The notes under the pieces were generated by a model. That model was not told the DNA's origin. It saw only the letters and a program-made list of their open reading frames with translations, and searched no databases. A stretch of DNA of 24,798 nucleotides, taken from IMG/VR virus record IMGVR_UViG_3300044580_000147, positions 1 through 24,798 of that record; one strand, written 5' to 3'. Shown here one piece after another: positions 24,765 to 24,798 of the stretch (its first letter is position 1; each line of letters starts with the position of its first letter). The position numbers were made by a program, and so were the translations under genes. The stretch is from a virus.

Positions 24765-24798
24765 ACGGACAATAGAAAATTCTCTTTTTAAACTTTTT

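Larger units (their letters stand above)
1..24798 (+). mobile_element. Virion morphogenesis module of a tailed dsDNA virus/provirus (siphovirus-like, probably archaeal host); both ends continue beyond the window
   Basis: Contiguous terminase-portal-protease-capsid-connector-tube-chaperone-tape measure-tail tip gene order on the + strand, with several ATGA overlaps. No integrase, att site or host gene seen, so free virus vs provirus cannot be decided. Confidence 0.95.

Noticed and set aside
1-24798. CRISPR array, tRNA/rRNA, integrase, intein or intron in terL, and lysis enzyme
   Set aside because: No repeat-spacer array, cloverleaf, recombinase motif, intein-sized insertion or recognisable endolysin/pseudomurein endoisopeptidase was seen.

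Overview
The window is one co-directional (+ strand) virion morphogenesis cluster of a tailed dsDNA virus or provirus with an HK97-type head and a long non-contractile tail (no sheath gene seen). Gene order: ParB-like/DNA methyltransferase fusion, terminase small and large subunits, portal, head morphogenesis (F-like) genes, prohead protease-scaffold, major capsid protein, capsid decoration protein, head-tail connectors, tail completion and tube proteins, tail assembly chaperone, a zinc-ribbon membrane 'moron', tape measure, tail-tip/adhesin genes, and a terminal Mtd-like C-type-lectin receptor-binding protein. The host is inferred, not proven, to be a methanogenic archaeon (Methanobacteriales-like), based on GGAGG/GGTGA ribosome-binding sites, oligo-T terminators without hairpins, TATA-like boxes, and DUF2341-like and zinc-ribbon content. 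Best signals: (1) the last ~40 codons of the Mtd-like gene look like a diversity-generating retroelement (DGR) variable region, with only 6 A in 111 nt and NNT codons at the expected variable positions; the template repeat and RT are not in the window; (2) a multi-stem RNA-like structure with G-U pairs just downstream; (3) an unannotated -1 frameshift extension of the tail chaperone that begins exactly at a lambda-type G GGA AAG site; (4) a moron followed by repeats phased at 20 bp. All family assignments are by eye from motifs and synteny; no database searches were run.
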